From assembly GCF_963921235.1 (NCBI RefSeq), contig NC_086118.1:16184001-16248000 (forward strand): DNA of 64,000 nt, in the 5' to 3' direction. This stretch comes from Mobula hypostoma. Its lineage: Eukaryota. Below the pieces are notes generated by a model. That model saw nothing but the letters and a program-made list of their open reading frames with translations, was not told the origin of the DNA and searched no databases. Both the position numbers and the translations under genes were made by a program. Shown piece by piece: positions 1-12,048 of the stretch (positions are counted from its first letter, which is position 1; each line of letters opens with the position of its first letter).

Positions 1-722
1 CCATAATTTTAATAGAAAGCTTAAGTGGAGCATGATCCGAAATGGTTATAGAATCATAATCACATTTAATCACTGAAGGAATAAGACGAGAATCAATAAA
101 AAAAAAAATCAATTCTTGAATAGGAATGATGAACATGTGAAAAGAAAGAAAAATCTTTTTCCTGAGGATGCAGAAAACGCCAAATGTCCGTCGACCCAGA
201 ATCAGAAAGGAAAGAGTTAATCAAAGTTGCAGATTTATTAGGTAAGGTCCGTAAAGGAGCCGAACGGTCCAATGCTGGAGACAAACAGGTATTAAGATCT
301 CCGCCCCAGATCAATGAAAACTCGTTCAAATTCGGAAACTGATTAAATAATGATTTATAAAATTCCGGACAGTCCATATTAGGAGCATAAACATTAACAA
401 AAACTACTTTTTTATTAAATAGTAAACCACTAACCAATAAAAATCTACCATTCGGATCAGAAAAAATACCCTGTTGTATAAAAGTAACTGAGGAATCTAT
501 AAAAATAGAGACGCCTCGAATCTTAGCATTGGAGTTCGAATGAAATTGTTGGCCCTTCCAGAATTTAAAAAAACGTAGTCTGTCCCCCCTCCGTACATGG
601 GTCTCTTGTAAAAATAAAATTTGTGCTTTAAGTCTCCGGAACACTTTAAAAACTTTTTTCCTTTTAATAGGATGATTAAGACCGTTAGCATTCCAGGAGA
701 CAAAATTAATAATAGACTCCAT
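1..722 (-). pseudogene. L1 ORF2 endonuclease domain, frameshifted at a homopolymer near 97-108
   Basis: ORF 93..737 ends at RIDFFFY; the protein resumes in another frame as IDSRLIPSVIKCDYDSITISDHAPLKL. Confidence 0.88.
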
Positions 723-1443
723 AAATCCTAAAGTCAACCCACAGCGAGGAGGATTGACGATAGGCTCGACCCACGAACCCGGAGAGGAAACAGAACATAC
801 AAAAGATACCGGGAAAAAGGACGCAACCAGTACTTCAATAATGTATATAGCCCAAAGAGAAAAAAACTAAAACGTGAAGCCCCTCCCACCACTCCCCACC
901 CCAAGACCCCAAGGCAAAATCTAAAGCAGACCCGCCCGAAAGAAGCAAGCGCTAAAACTACCCCCATGACTTCCAGTATACGCTCCCTAAAAAAAAGGTA
1001 TAAATATGAAAAAGATCAGCTAATTGTAAAACAGTAAAAAAGTAAAAAAAAAAGGTAACTCAATTAAAATACACACACAACAGAACAAAAGCCAGAAAAT
1101 ATATATTAAAAAAAAACCACAATAAACCCCAAACCCATGAATAAACAAAACAACAAGAAAAAATAAGATTATTAACATAAACTAGTTATAAAAAGCAAAA
1201 CAAAATAAAATTTAAAAAAAAACTACAAAATTTAAGGCCACACAGGAAATACGTAAAATGACAATAAGGAAGTAACCACCCAGAATCCCCTGGGAAAAGA
1301 AAGAAATGACGCAGTTAAAAAGAAAGTTTAGCAACCATATTAAGAAATCAAAAATAAACTTTTCTGCCCAAATAGGGCACGAGAAAGTTAAAACCAACCA
1401 ATTCACAGCCTCCGATCAACGGAGATAGTTAAAAAAATAACAA

Positions 1444-2343
1444 TTAAGATGTTGAAGGTGAAAATTGATCCAGATAACTCTGGGCATCCGATGGAGAATC
1501 AAAAAAACGAAGGGCTCCATCTGACATGCGAATCCTTAGACGTGCAGGGTACAGCAGCGCTGGTCTTAAATTTATCTTATAGAATTCCGACATCACAGAT
1601 CTGTAGCGAACCCGTTGGTCCCAGATTGGTTTACTGAAATCTTCCACGAATCGGAACTTAAGATCCGAAAAATCAATGAAACCTTTAGATCGAGCAAATC
1701 GAAACAGTCTCTCCTTGTCTTGAAAGTAATGAAAACGTAAGATAACATGTCTAGGTCTATCTGACCTAGACGAGTATGATGGGACTCTGTGAACACGATC
1801 CAGTAGCGGTGGTTGGTCAGGAAATACAGTAGGGAATGCATCTTTTAAAAGTTGAGAAAAATACTTCATGGGGTTGTTAGATTCAACAGCTTCACGTACC
1901 CCAATCATTCGTAAATTCTGCCGTTGCATTCTAGATTCTAAGTCAGAGTTTTTAAAAGTCAGAAAGTCAAGTTTCTTCTTCATTACATTAATTGTTTCTT
2001 CGATTTTCCCCATCTTAAGCTCACTTTGTTGCGTGGATTTTTGAAGATCAGTTATAGCCGACTGATGTTCCGCAATAGATGTTTGCATCTTATCGGTTGA
2101 ATCGGCAATTTTCTGGAGATTAATTGAGATTTCCGTATGAATCAGGTCCTTAACAGAGACTGCAATTTCCGTACGAATCATCTCCATAACAGAGGTTGAA
2201 ATTTCCCTCTGAATTAACTCCGATATAGCTTTCAAAGTCACCGGTGATTCAGTCGGAGGAAAATCCATACCTTTCGGTTTAACCGGAGGTTTACCATCCT
2301 TGCCGTTTTTCCCGTTCTTAGACATAGCAGATCTAAGATGCAT
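1444..2343 (-). CDS. L1 ORF1 protein (coiled coil + RRM/CTD), open
   Basis: 299-aa ORF with DLESRMQRQNLRMIGVRE, LDRVHRV, RPRHVILRF and LLYPARLRI motifs typical of L1 ORF1p. The likely start may be ATG 2325. Confidence 0.9.
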   Translation of the reverse strand: MHLRSAMSKNGKNGKDGKPPVKPKGMDFPPTESPVTLKAISELIQREISTSVMEMIRTEIAVSVKDLIHTEISINLQKIADSTDKMQTSIAEHQSAITDLQKSTQQSELKMGKIEETINVMKKKLDFLTFKNSDLESRMQRQNLRMIGVREAVESNNPMKYFSQLLKDAFPTVFPDQPPLLDRVHRVPSYSSRSDRPRHVILRFHYFQDKERLFRFARSKGFIDFSDLKFRFVEDFSKPIWDQRVRYRSVMSEFYKINLRPALLYPARLRIRMSDGALRFFDSPSDAQSYLDQFSPSTS

Positions 2344-2498
2344 CCAGTTATCGGAGAGTTCAATTTAATTCAAAGTATTGTAAGAGTTGATACCTTAATG
2401 GTTAATTAAAGTATAGCTGATCATAGAAAAAAAACTCAGAGGTAATGGAGCGAGTCAAGAACGCGACTTCACTCCATGAGCGCTACCGGAAGTCCCCC

Positions 2499-2548
2499 AG
2501 CAAATTTCACAACACATGCCAGTGATATTAAACCAGATTCTGATACTG
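2499..2548 (+). repeat. 3' tail of a Rex1/L2-like LINE into which L1 family A inserted
   Basis: aaatttcacaacacatgccagtgatattaaaccagattctgatactga closely resembles the LINE tail at 39707-39751. Confidence 0.6.
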
Positions 2549-2589
2549 AAAGAGAAAATATATAAATACTAAACAATTTCTCTTGTTCC

Positions 2590-2821
2590 AACACAAAGCA
2601 CTGTAGAAACTCAGCAGGTCAGACAGCATCTATGGAGGGAAATAAACAGCCAACATTTCACTATGGCTACCAATCTGACTATGTCTACTCTCTTTCCAAT
2701 CCACATGAAGGGTCTCGACTTCAAATGTCAACCATCCATTTCTCTCCATGGATTCTGCTTAACCTGCTGCATTTTCCCAGAACATTTTGTGTTGGAACAG
2801 ATTCCAGCACCGACATTCTCT
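2590..2821. mobile_element. Degenerate inverted Penelope-derived element; its tail resumes at about 11080-11100 after the RTE
   Basis: Inverted arms (ctcagcaggtcagacagcatctatggag / ctccatggattctgcttaacctgctgc) and a decayed atgaagggtctcga core, similar to the copies at 15266, 32428 and 41138. Confidence 0.7.
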
Positions 2822-4186
2822 CCTGGGTATGAGAATAAACTACACCCAGCTGTGGAGCATTTGCTTTGGGTAATGAGGTTACCATTAACCACAGCTACCT
2901 CCAGGTCACCCTTAGGCAAGGCATAGCACCTGTTAGCCTCCCTACTTGGGTTACAGTGAAGCCACGGCAAGCAGGTGGCGGATGAAGCAGAAGGCAAGTC
3001 GTGACACAATCGATGGTTCCTGCTGGTCAGACACTGAGCTATAGATCCTTTTAATAGGACAATGTTCAGGGTCACCCGTCTTGTAAAGACACTGCATCGG
3101 AAGCAAGGGGAAGCTACTTCTTGTATTTTATCCCTAGTACAACCGTGGTTAATACATACACGAATATAAAAAGACAACAGCGTAAATAGCAGCCCACTTC
3201 CAAATAGTGTGGACACCTCGCTCTGTACGGGATATCATGTAAACAGAGAGGTAAGCCTGGATCATCATAGCACTACTGTCTGCAAAGAACAAGAGACTGT
3301 GAATTGCCACTTGGAATATTCGAACCCGGCACCAAGCTGGTAAGCTAGAAAACAAAATTAGAAATGAAGAGGCTAGAAGTCAGCATCCTAGGCCTAAGTA
3401 AAATAAAGTGGAAAGGCACTGGAGTATCCCCATCAGACAACTACGAGATGATATACTCTGGTGGAGATTAACATGAAAAGGGTGTTGTAATCATCTTAGA
3501 CAAAGAAACATCCAAGAGCCTGCTAGGATACTGGCATATCTCAGACAGAATGATGCTAATCAAACTAAAAGGACAACAAAACAACATCTCTATCATCCAC
3601 AATGGCAAGCTCAGAGGAAGAAACTGATGCTTCTACCACTCCCAACACAAAGCACTAGAAGAATGCAAATCACAAGAAGCATCATAGTCATGGGTGACTT
3701 CAATGCAAAAGCTGGTGAGGGAAGAGAAGACCATATTGTTGGAGACCAGGGATTGGGAGAAAGAAATGAAAGAGAAAAGCTTATATCATGGTGTAAAACA
3801 ATCAGATAATCACCAACACTTGGTTTAAACAACATCCGAGAAGAAAATGGACATGGAGAAGCCCAGATGGGAACAACAAAAATCAAATTGACTACATAAC
3901 AATAACAGATTCAAAAAGCTACCATGGAGCAGACTGTGGAAGTGACCACATACCAGTCATTTGCAAAATGAAAATAAAGATGAGAAAATTAAAGAAACCA
4001 AAAAGATCAGAACCACAACTACAAAACAACCCTCATCTGAAAACAGAATACGGGGGGGGGCTTCCGGGTCATCAAGGGAATGGCGGCATAAGGAAAAGGT
4101 CTCTCGACAAAAAAGGTAAACTGCCCCAAAATCGAATTTAGACAAATACTTAATATTGCATAACTATATTAATAAAAGGGGCAAGG

Positions 4187-5173
4187 ATGATGTCTAAGAA
4201 CAAGATTAAAAAGTCCGCTCCGAAGGCTGATAAACATAGAGAGACGCAGCAAGGCGACGGGCCTAGCTCCCCCACGGCAAGCCAGGACGGAGATAATGAG
4301 GGGGAATCGGTGACTCTGTCTTTGATTCTCGGAGAGATTCGCGAGTTCCGACAAGATAACAGCAAACAGCTGGAAGATATTAAAGGAGAAATAGTAAAAA
4401 CTAACTCGCGGATAGATGAAGCCGAAGCGAGGATTGTTGGAATTGAAGAGAAGCTACAAAACACCGAGAAAGTGATAGCAGAAATGCTGAAGCTGCAAGA
4501 CCTGCTCCAGTGGAAACTAATAGATCAAGAAGGCCGTTCAAGAAGGGAAAATGTGAGGATTTACAGAGTTCCCGAAGGAACCGAAGGTAAACCCGGGTTA
4601 ATGATTCCCTTCATAGAGAAGCTGCTTAGAGAGAACCTTGATATACCGGCCGCAAAAGACCTACAGATAGAAAGGGCTCACCGCGCTTTGGCACCACAGC
4701 CTCCGGCAGGTGCCCAGCCCAGATCAATTCTGGTCAGATTTCTCAGTTACAGAACGAAGGAAGAGGTGCTTAAAAGGGCATGGCAAAATAAAGGCTTCAT
4801 GTGGAACAACTGTAAAATCAGTTTAGACCACGACTACGCACGGGGGATTCTTGCCAGACGGAAGGAATATACGGAAACACGGAGAGTCCTGAAGGAAAGC
4901 AACATCAGATTCCAGACCCTGTATCCAGCTTGGCTGAGAGTCTTTTACGACGAAGGGACAAAAACTTACGCTACGGTGGAGGAGGCAACGTCGGACCTGG
5001 CGGACTGGGGACGACCTATTAAAGTTATCACCCAACCGGAGTCGCTACTGGAGAGGATTCAGCAGAAGTCGTGGCAGTTAGTGGGGCGAGGATGCTCCAC
5101 ACGAACCAGAGTGTCAAACTACAAGGAAAAGCTGCAAATATTCAGACGCGAATGTACAGAGAATACAGATTAA
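4187..5173 (+). CDS. L1 ORF1 protein, open, 328 aa
   Basis: DQEGRSRRENVRIY, IERAHRAL, QPRSILVRF and TLYPAWLRV motifs. Confidence 0.92.
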   Translation: MMSKNKIKKSAPKADKHRETQQGDGPSSPTASQDGDNEGESVTLSLILGEIREFRQDNSKQLEDIKGEIVKTNSRIDEAEARIVGIEEKLQNTEKVIAEMLKLQDLLQWKLIDQEGRSRRENVRIYRVPEGTEGKPGLMIPFIEKLLRENLDIPAAKDLQIERAHRALAPQPPAGAQPRSILVRFLSYRTKEEVLKRAWQNKGFMWNNCKISLDHDYARGILARRKEYTETRRVLKESNIRFQTLYPAWLRVFYDEGTKTYATVEEATSDLADWGRPIKVITQPESLLERIQQKSWQLVGRGCSTRTRVSNYKEKLQIFRRECTENTD

Positions 5174-5534
5174 TTAAGGGAAATGACTGAAAAGAGTAAA
5201 TCGGACTTAAAGGTAAAATGAAAACTGGTAACTGAAAATAAACTAGGCGGAATAACTTGAATGATAGCAATATGGTTGAGACATAAATAGGAGAAAATTC
5301 TCTATGATTATTCAAACTGCTGAGGGCCCTCTAACACAGGGTGAAGATAGAGGTTATCCCTCTGAACTGAGGCAGGTCGGAGCTCAGGCCTCACTGTGGG
5401 AAGTTGGGAAAAATTTTCAAATGTTACACTTTCGAAAATGTCTAGGGTGTGGTTATATGTCTTGGTTTACTGTTGAGAAGGGATTGCTTACTATTTGGTT
5501 AGAAAAGGAGTGTGTTTTTTTCTACTAGAGAAAA

Positions 5535-8500
5535 ATGCAAACTGAATTGGTAAAAATAATTTCCTATAATGTTAATAGGGTTTTGAATCCAATTAAAAGA
5601 AATAAGATTATGTGTAAATTGAAAAAAGAGAGGGCACAAATAGCTTTCCTCCAGGAAACACATATGAGTCAATCTGAACATGGAAAATTAAAAAGAATGG
5701 GCTTTAAGCATGTATTTTATTCATCATATAAATTGAGTCACAAAAGAGGGGTAGCTACTTTAATATCAAGTATTCTTAATTATGAACATATTTCAGAGAC
5801 TAAAGACAAAGAAGGACGGTTTGTAAAAATCACAGGAAGAATAGAGGGTACAGAAATAACATTGCTGAATGTTTATGCTTCTCCAGGTTGTGAATGGTCA
5901 TTTTATAGACACGTTTTTGACCTAATGGTCAGTTCTCAAGGGGTAGTAATTTGTGGAGGGGATTTTAATATTAGATTAAATCCTGTATTAGATTCTTCAA
6001 GAATAGTTACTCAGAATAAACCTCTGACTCGGAAAATGAATTCATTGATGGAGGAGTTGGGAATTATAGATGTCTGGAGGGAATTACACCCTACTAGTAA
6101 AGATTATACACATTACTCTTTCCCTCATTCAGCCTATTCAAGGATAGACTATTTCTTTATCTTTAATACAGATAGACTCAGGATAAAAAAACTGTAATAT
6201 TGCAACAATTGATCTGTCGGATCATAGCCCAGTCTCTATGTCTCTAATCCTGGAAAGGAAAATGAGGAAAACACTATGGAGGCTAAACTCACATATACTC
6301 AATAACCCGAAAGTAATGGAGAGATTAAGGGGAGAAATCAAAGAATATCTAGACCTTAATGACATGGGAGAAACATCACCAGTGATCTTATGGGATACAT
6401 TGAAAGCTGTACTGAGAGGGAAAATTATTTCCATTACCATTCACATGAAAAAAATCAATACACAAAAATTGGCAGACCTTCAAGGAAAATTAAAACAACT
6501 TCAAGTTGTAGATAGCAACAAAAGTAATTCAAATCGAAAACAAGGAAATTAGGAAATTGCAAAGTGAAATTGACGATATTTATACGTTGGAAACTCAAAG
6601 AAATTTTCTTTACCTGAGACAAAAGAATTATGAAGCAGGAGGTAAATCAGCTAGATTATTAGCATATAAATTACAAAAACAACAAGCAGACAATACAATT
6701 CATAAAATAAAGAATCCAAAGACAAAGCTTGTGGAGAGTACAATAGGGAAAACTCAAGAGAGTTTTGAAACATATTACCGAGAGCTGTACTCCCAATCCC
6801 AGGCCCCCAATGAGCCCTATGTAGACAGTGTATTGAATTTTTTAGATCTACCTAAATTTACAGATTTACAAAATGAAAGTTTATTAGAACCAGTAACTGT
6901 CAAAGAACTAAACGTGGCCATCTCTAGGTTAAAGGCTGGAAAGTCCCCGGGTTCTGATGGGTTTACCTCAGAGTGGTACAAGTCCCTGAAGACACAGTTA
7001 GCCCCATTACTACTTAACACCTTTAATTGGATTTTGCAGAGAGGAGAAACTCCACCTTCCTGGAGAGAAGCGATTATTTCAGTTATTCCTAAAGAGGGTA
7101 AAGATAAACTAGAATGTGGCAATTATCAGCCAATTAGTGTTCTTAATTTAGATTACAAACTATTTACATCTATATTAGCACGCAGATTGGAAAAGCTTTT
7201 ACCTGGCCTAATCCACTTAGACCAGACTGGATTTATTCAACAAAGACAAACACAGGACAACATAAGGAGAACTCTGCACATATTAGAACAGGTTAATAAG
7301 AACGAGACAGAGACAATGGTAGTAGGATTGGACGCTGAGAAAGCTTTTTATTCGGTTAGTTGGGCATTCCTATACAGAGTGTTAGGAAGATTCGGCTTTC
7401 AAGAAAAGTTTATTAAAGTAACTCAGACTCTATATGACAGCCCTACAGCCCGAATTAAGATAAATGGGGACCTCTCTGACTCCTTCATCTTAGAGAGAGG
7501 CACTAGACAGGGATGCCCAATTTCTCCTCTCCTTTTTGCACTATATATTGAACCGCTTGCCCAACTAATAAGACAGAGCGAAATCGTAAAAGGTATCAAG
7601 GTGGCAGGGATCGAACAGAAAGTGGCGTTATTCACAGATGATGTTTTGGTCTATCTGAGTGAACCAGAAAAATCATTTATAGGATTGTTTACACTGTTGG
7701 ATGACTTTGGGAAAATATCAGGTTATAAAATAAATATAAAGAAAATGCAGGTTATGTCCCTAAATTATACACCATCCAAAAAAATTGCAGGATACATACG
7801 ATCTTAAGTGGGAAGCTAAATCATTAAAATATTTAGGAATAACCCTGCCGAAGGATCTTTCAACACTGTCACAAGTAAATTAGGGGCCATTAATCTCAGA
7901 GATAAAAGCAGATATGCATAGATGGAATCTTATCCCCTTTTTAAGTTTAAATTCAAGGATAAATACTATAAAAATGAATATTCTTCCTCGGTTATTGTAT
8001 CTTTTCCATATTGGAGGTGGATGATAATCAATTCAGGGAATGGGACAAATGGATTTCCCGCTTCATTTGGCAAGGAAAGAAACCTAGAATTCGATATAAC
8101 ACCTTACAGTTAGGGAAGGAAGGAAGGAGGTATGGTTCTTCCTTGCCTGAGAAATTATTTTTATGCCTCACAGATAACCCCTCTGTTATATTGGTGTAAT
8201 AGGGAATATAAGGCTAGATGGAAGGAAATAGAATTTGGATTAGTTGACAGTTTTCCTCTACAGGCCTCAGTAGCTGAGAAAGGATTGATGGCCCAGTTGG
8301 AAAAATTTAAAAACAGTTGGATAAATCTTACATTAAAAGTATGGCAGAAGGTGGTTAATTCATGTGGAATTAATAACATGTTAAAACTCTTTAGATGGTG
8401 TGCATATGATACCGAATTCCTTCCCAACAGAGGAGATAAAAGATTTGAGCTATGGATAAAGAAAGATCTTACAACCGCAATGTGAGCAGACTTTAGATGA
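5535..8500 (+). pseudogene. L1 ORF2 (endonuclease + reverse transcriptase), frameshifted, C-terminal region missing
   Basis: ORF pieces 5535..6197, 6238..6552, 6557..7807 and 8132..8485 carry LQETH, GGDFN, SRIDY, PGSDG, LDAEKAF, RGTRQGCPISP and LFTDD. Confidence 0.92.
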
Positions 8501-11500
8501 CTCTCCTAATGATTTATACTGCTCTTCTCATCAACACAGTAATATTGCTAACGTAAGCATCCCTAGTCTAAATGTCTTTTTTTTTGGTTTTCTTTTGGAA
8601 AATAGAGAATTAACACAAGTAAAGGGAAAGATTTGGGAAAGGGATAAAAAATGAAAAATTAAGTAAATAAGTACATAAGGATTGGATAATTATGTCTGCG
8701 GGCAGGAGCAAGCATGAACAAATTAGGATATAAACACCTACAATGGTTGTTACATAGGCTTACATACAACATTTTGGACCAGTGGAAATGGTCCAGAAGA
8801 GTTATATGGAAACTATTATTACTATTTTTCTTAACAACTAATACCATTACTTAGCCTAATAGATTAGAATTACCACAGTACATAATTATCTATTTAAGTG
8901 TCTAATTTTCTTTTATATCATCTCAATGTGTACTTAAGAATGTATAAATAATTATAGTTTTATACATATAAAAAAATGGAAAAGGTTATATGTGTGAAAA
9001 AAGTACATGATATTTGTGAATTCCTTATCCAAATAAAAATAAAATTAAAAAAAAACAAAACAAAACAGAATACACAGTCAAGGTGAAAAACCATTTTCAA
9101 TTGCTGCAGGATGAAGGAGGCAAATCTTCCTGGGACATACTGAAGGAATCCATGGTTGTAGCTGCAAAAGAAACCATCCCACGAAAAGAACGGAAAAGTA
9201 AGAAGAAATGGATAACTGAAGATATAATACAATTAATGCAACAAAAACAGACCATCAAACTAAGAGACAGCGAAGAATACAAACAACTTGATAAGACAAT
9301 AAAAAGAAAATGCAGAGAAGCTAAATACAGATGGTTAAATAAGAAATGCTCAGAGATAGAAATGCTACAAACCCATAACCCTGGAACAAAGTTGATGCAC
9401 AATAAGATTAAAGAACTAATGGGGAAATTACCTTGCTCAGCAACTGGATGCGTCAAGGCAAAAGTTGGCGGCTTAATTATGAACAAAGAGGAAATCCTAA
9501 ACAGATGAACAGAATATATAAAAGAACTTTTTGAAGACCAAAGAGGAGAAAAACCAAACATAAAGAAGAATCTTGAAGGACCTAGCATTCTAAAATCAGA
9601 AATTCGAGCAGCTGTAAATAAAACAAAACATAACAGAGCAACTGGTCCAGACAAAAATCGCTGCTGAAATGATACTGGCCTTCGAAGATTTTGGAATAGA
9701 GAAAATAACAGAAATAGCAAATGAAATCTATGATCATGGGGAGATATCTGATGATTTAAGTAAATCAGTGTTCATCACACTTCCAAAGAAAGAGGGAGCA
9801 ACAGAATGTGAGTTAGATAGTACAATAAGTCTGATGAGCCACGTGGCAAAAATTCTCAGAGTAATCATGATGAGAGCAAGATGTTATATAAAACCAGAAA
9901 TCAGTAATGAACAATGCGGCTTTGTGGAAAACACTGGAACCAGAAATGCAATTTTCATGCTACAGATGATCAGTGAACGAGCCATCCAGGTACAAAAAGA
10001 TATCTACCTATGTTTCATTGACTATACAAAAGCTTTTGACGCTCTCAGACAGCAAGATCTTCTGGAAATGCTTCAAGATCTTGACATCGATGGGAAAGAT
10101 ATATGTTTCTTAAGAAACTTATACCGGGACCAGACAGCATCCGTCAGAATAGGAGAAGTGAGTGAATATTTGAATATCGTGAGAGGAGTCAGGCAAGGTT
10201 GTGTCCTTTTCGCCAGACTTATTCAACCTGTACAGTGAAAATATCTTGAGAAGTATCAAAGACAAAGGATTCACAATTGGAGGCCATAATATAAATAACA
10301 TGAGATATGCTGATGACATCTTACCAATAGCTGACTCAAAAACAAAACTTCAAGAACTACTCACTACAGTGGCAGCAGAAAGTAATCGCAGAGGCCTCTC
10401 AATTAACACCAAGGCGACAGAAAGCATGGTCATCTCCAGAAAGACAAACATCTCACAATGTGTGATCAAGATTGGAAATACAAACATCAAAGAAGTCAAA
10501 TTCAAATATCTTGGCAGCCTAATAACAAGTAATGGCAGGTGCAACACAGATATCAAATACAGAATAGCAATGGTGAAAGCAGCTTTCCAAAAAATGAAGA
10601 CCATATTAACAGACAGAAAGTTGACCACGTACACTGAAAACAGAATACTGCAATGCTACATTTATTCTATCCTGACTTATGGAAGTGAATGCTGGACCAT
10701 TTTTCCAGCAATGGAAAAGAGACTGGAAGCAGCTGAATTATGGTTCTACAGGAGAATGTTAAAAATATCATGGACCACACACACATCAAATGAAGAAGTT
10801 CTCAGAAGAGCCCAAGCAGTTCGATCACTCATACCAACAATAAGAGAAAGACAACTCAGATTCCTAGGACACATCACGCAGAAAGATGAACTAGAAAAAC
10901 TCATACTCTCTGGAGAGATTGAGGGGACCAAACCTAGAGGAAGACCTCAGCTTATGTACATTAACAGCATAGTCAGGTGGCTTCACATCGAGGAAATGGA
11001 AGTCATCCAAAAAACGAAGGATAGATCTGTATGGAAAACCATGGTCCCCAAAGTCCGCATCGGATATGGTACCCAGGCAGACAGTCTCTTGCATCTCCAC
11101 TTTCTGGTTCACCTCTTTAGACAGTTTGAACCATCACTCTTCCAATGTTAGGGACTGAGTTAAACACTATACAGCGTTCTCCTCATTCTGGATCCATGAT
11201 CTGGCTCATCACCAAAACTATCAACTTCTATCTCTACAATGCAATCCTTCTTCACCAAACCAGCACCAAATCTCCACTTCAACTAAACTTTCTCTGCAAA
11301 CTTCTAACACATTAATTGCAATGCATATTTTGTTCACAATGAATATTATATCCAGTGCAATCCATTCTCAAATGACTAAAGCTTTCATATCTTAATTTTT
11401 CAGTATGACCAAATCTTGCTTACCAACGTAACCTTTGCTGTAATAATTACATCATCACTGGTGCAAGTCATGAAATTTGTTGTTTTGTAGTAACAGTACA

Positions 11501-12048
11501 GTTAAGCCAAGCCTAATGACCAGCACCACTTAGAATCTCTTTTTTATTCTGCCTATTGTTTTCATCATCTCAACAATAGACATTGTTTGGTCTTCTGCTA
11601 CATTTTGGAATTTCCTTCCAAGCCCAAGTATTGCTGTTTCCCCACCTCCAAAAAAGTCTCAAGCCCACTCACCTTCAACTGATTGAGAGATTTATCAGGC
11701 CCTTAATCTTATGATGCCATTCATACCAATTACTACAGTACAGCACGAAAACAGGAATCATTTCTGTACACATCCTCAATTATCACTAAGCAAAATTGTA
11801 CTTGTAGAGTTCTAGGAAAAAAATTCTGGTATCACATACAGCTGACTAACAGTACCAATGTTAAGGAAAGAAAGAGTAAGTTGTCTAAAACCAGGCTACA
11901 ACACTGTCTTCAAAGTACTGTCAAAGCCAGTTTTGAAAATGAAAACACTTTACACCCACATTTTCTATAAGCAACCTGAAACTACTTCCATAAATAACTA
12001 CAGTTAGCTAAAAGTTTAAAATATTTACTCACTTTAACTACTGACTGA

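Larger units (their letters stand above)
1..2498 (-). mobile_element. L1-clade LINE (family A), 5' part; continues beyond the window start
   Basis: 5' end GGGGGACTTCCGG at 2498; ORF1 1444..2343; about 720-bp spacer; ORF2 APE endonuclease starting at ATG 722 (SWNANGL, LQETH, GGDLN, SRIDFF, and SDH after a frameshift). Confidence 0.93.
4052..9061 (+). mobile_element. L1-clade LINE (family B) with both ends, poly(A) tail and 12-bp TSD, nested in the RTE
   Basis: Starts G9-CTTCCGG; AATAAA at 9032 and A-rich tail; perfect TSD AAAACAGAATAC at 4040-4051 and 9062-9073; ORF1 plus fragmented ORF2. Confidence 0.96.
2822..11079 (+). mobile_element. RTE-clade LINE, about 3.2 kb and apparently full length, decayed, split by an L1 insertion
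   Basis: APE motifs (IATWNIRT near 3310, VMGDFNAK, NQIDYI, SDH); RT motifs (CFIDYTKAFD, GVRQGC, RYADD, FKYLGS); RTE-type C-terminus (GTKPRGRP...RIGYGT). Probable 10-bp TSD gacattctct 2812-2821 / gacagtctct 11080-11089 (9/10). Confidence 0.9.

Noticed and set aside
97..108. Programmed frameshift in L1 ORF2
   Set aside because: Frameshifts fall in homopolymer runs (also about 6185 and 7780), better explained by slippage mutation or sequencing error.
2822..3130. HDV-like ribozyme at the RTE 5' end
   Set aside because: Hairpins exist (ctgggt/acccag; cacctg/caggtg) but I could not assemble the nested double-pseudoknot topology.
9097..9720. 207-aa minus-strand ORF and similar antisense ORFs (25620..26186, 21790..22305, 45994..46386)
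   Set aside because: Shadows of transposon coding sequence on the opposite strand, with no recognisable protein motifs.
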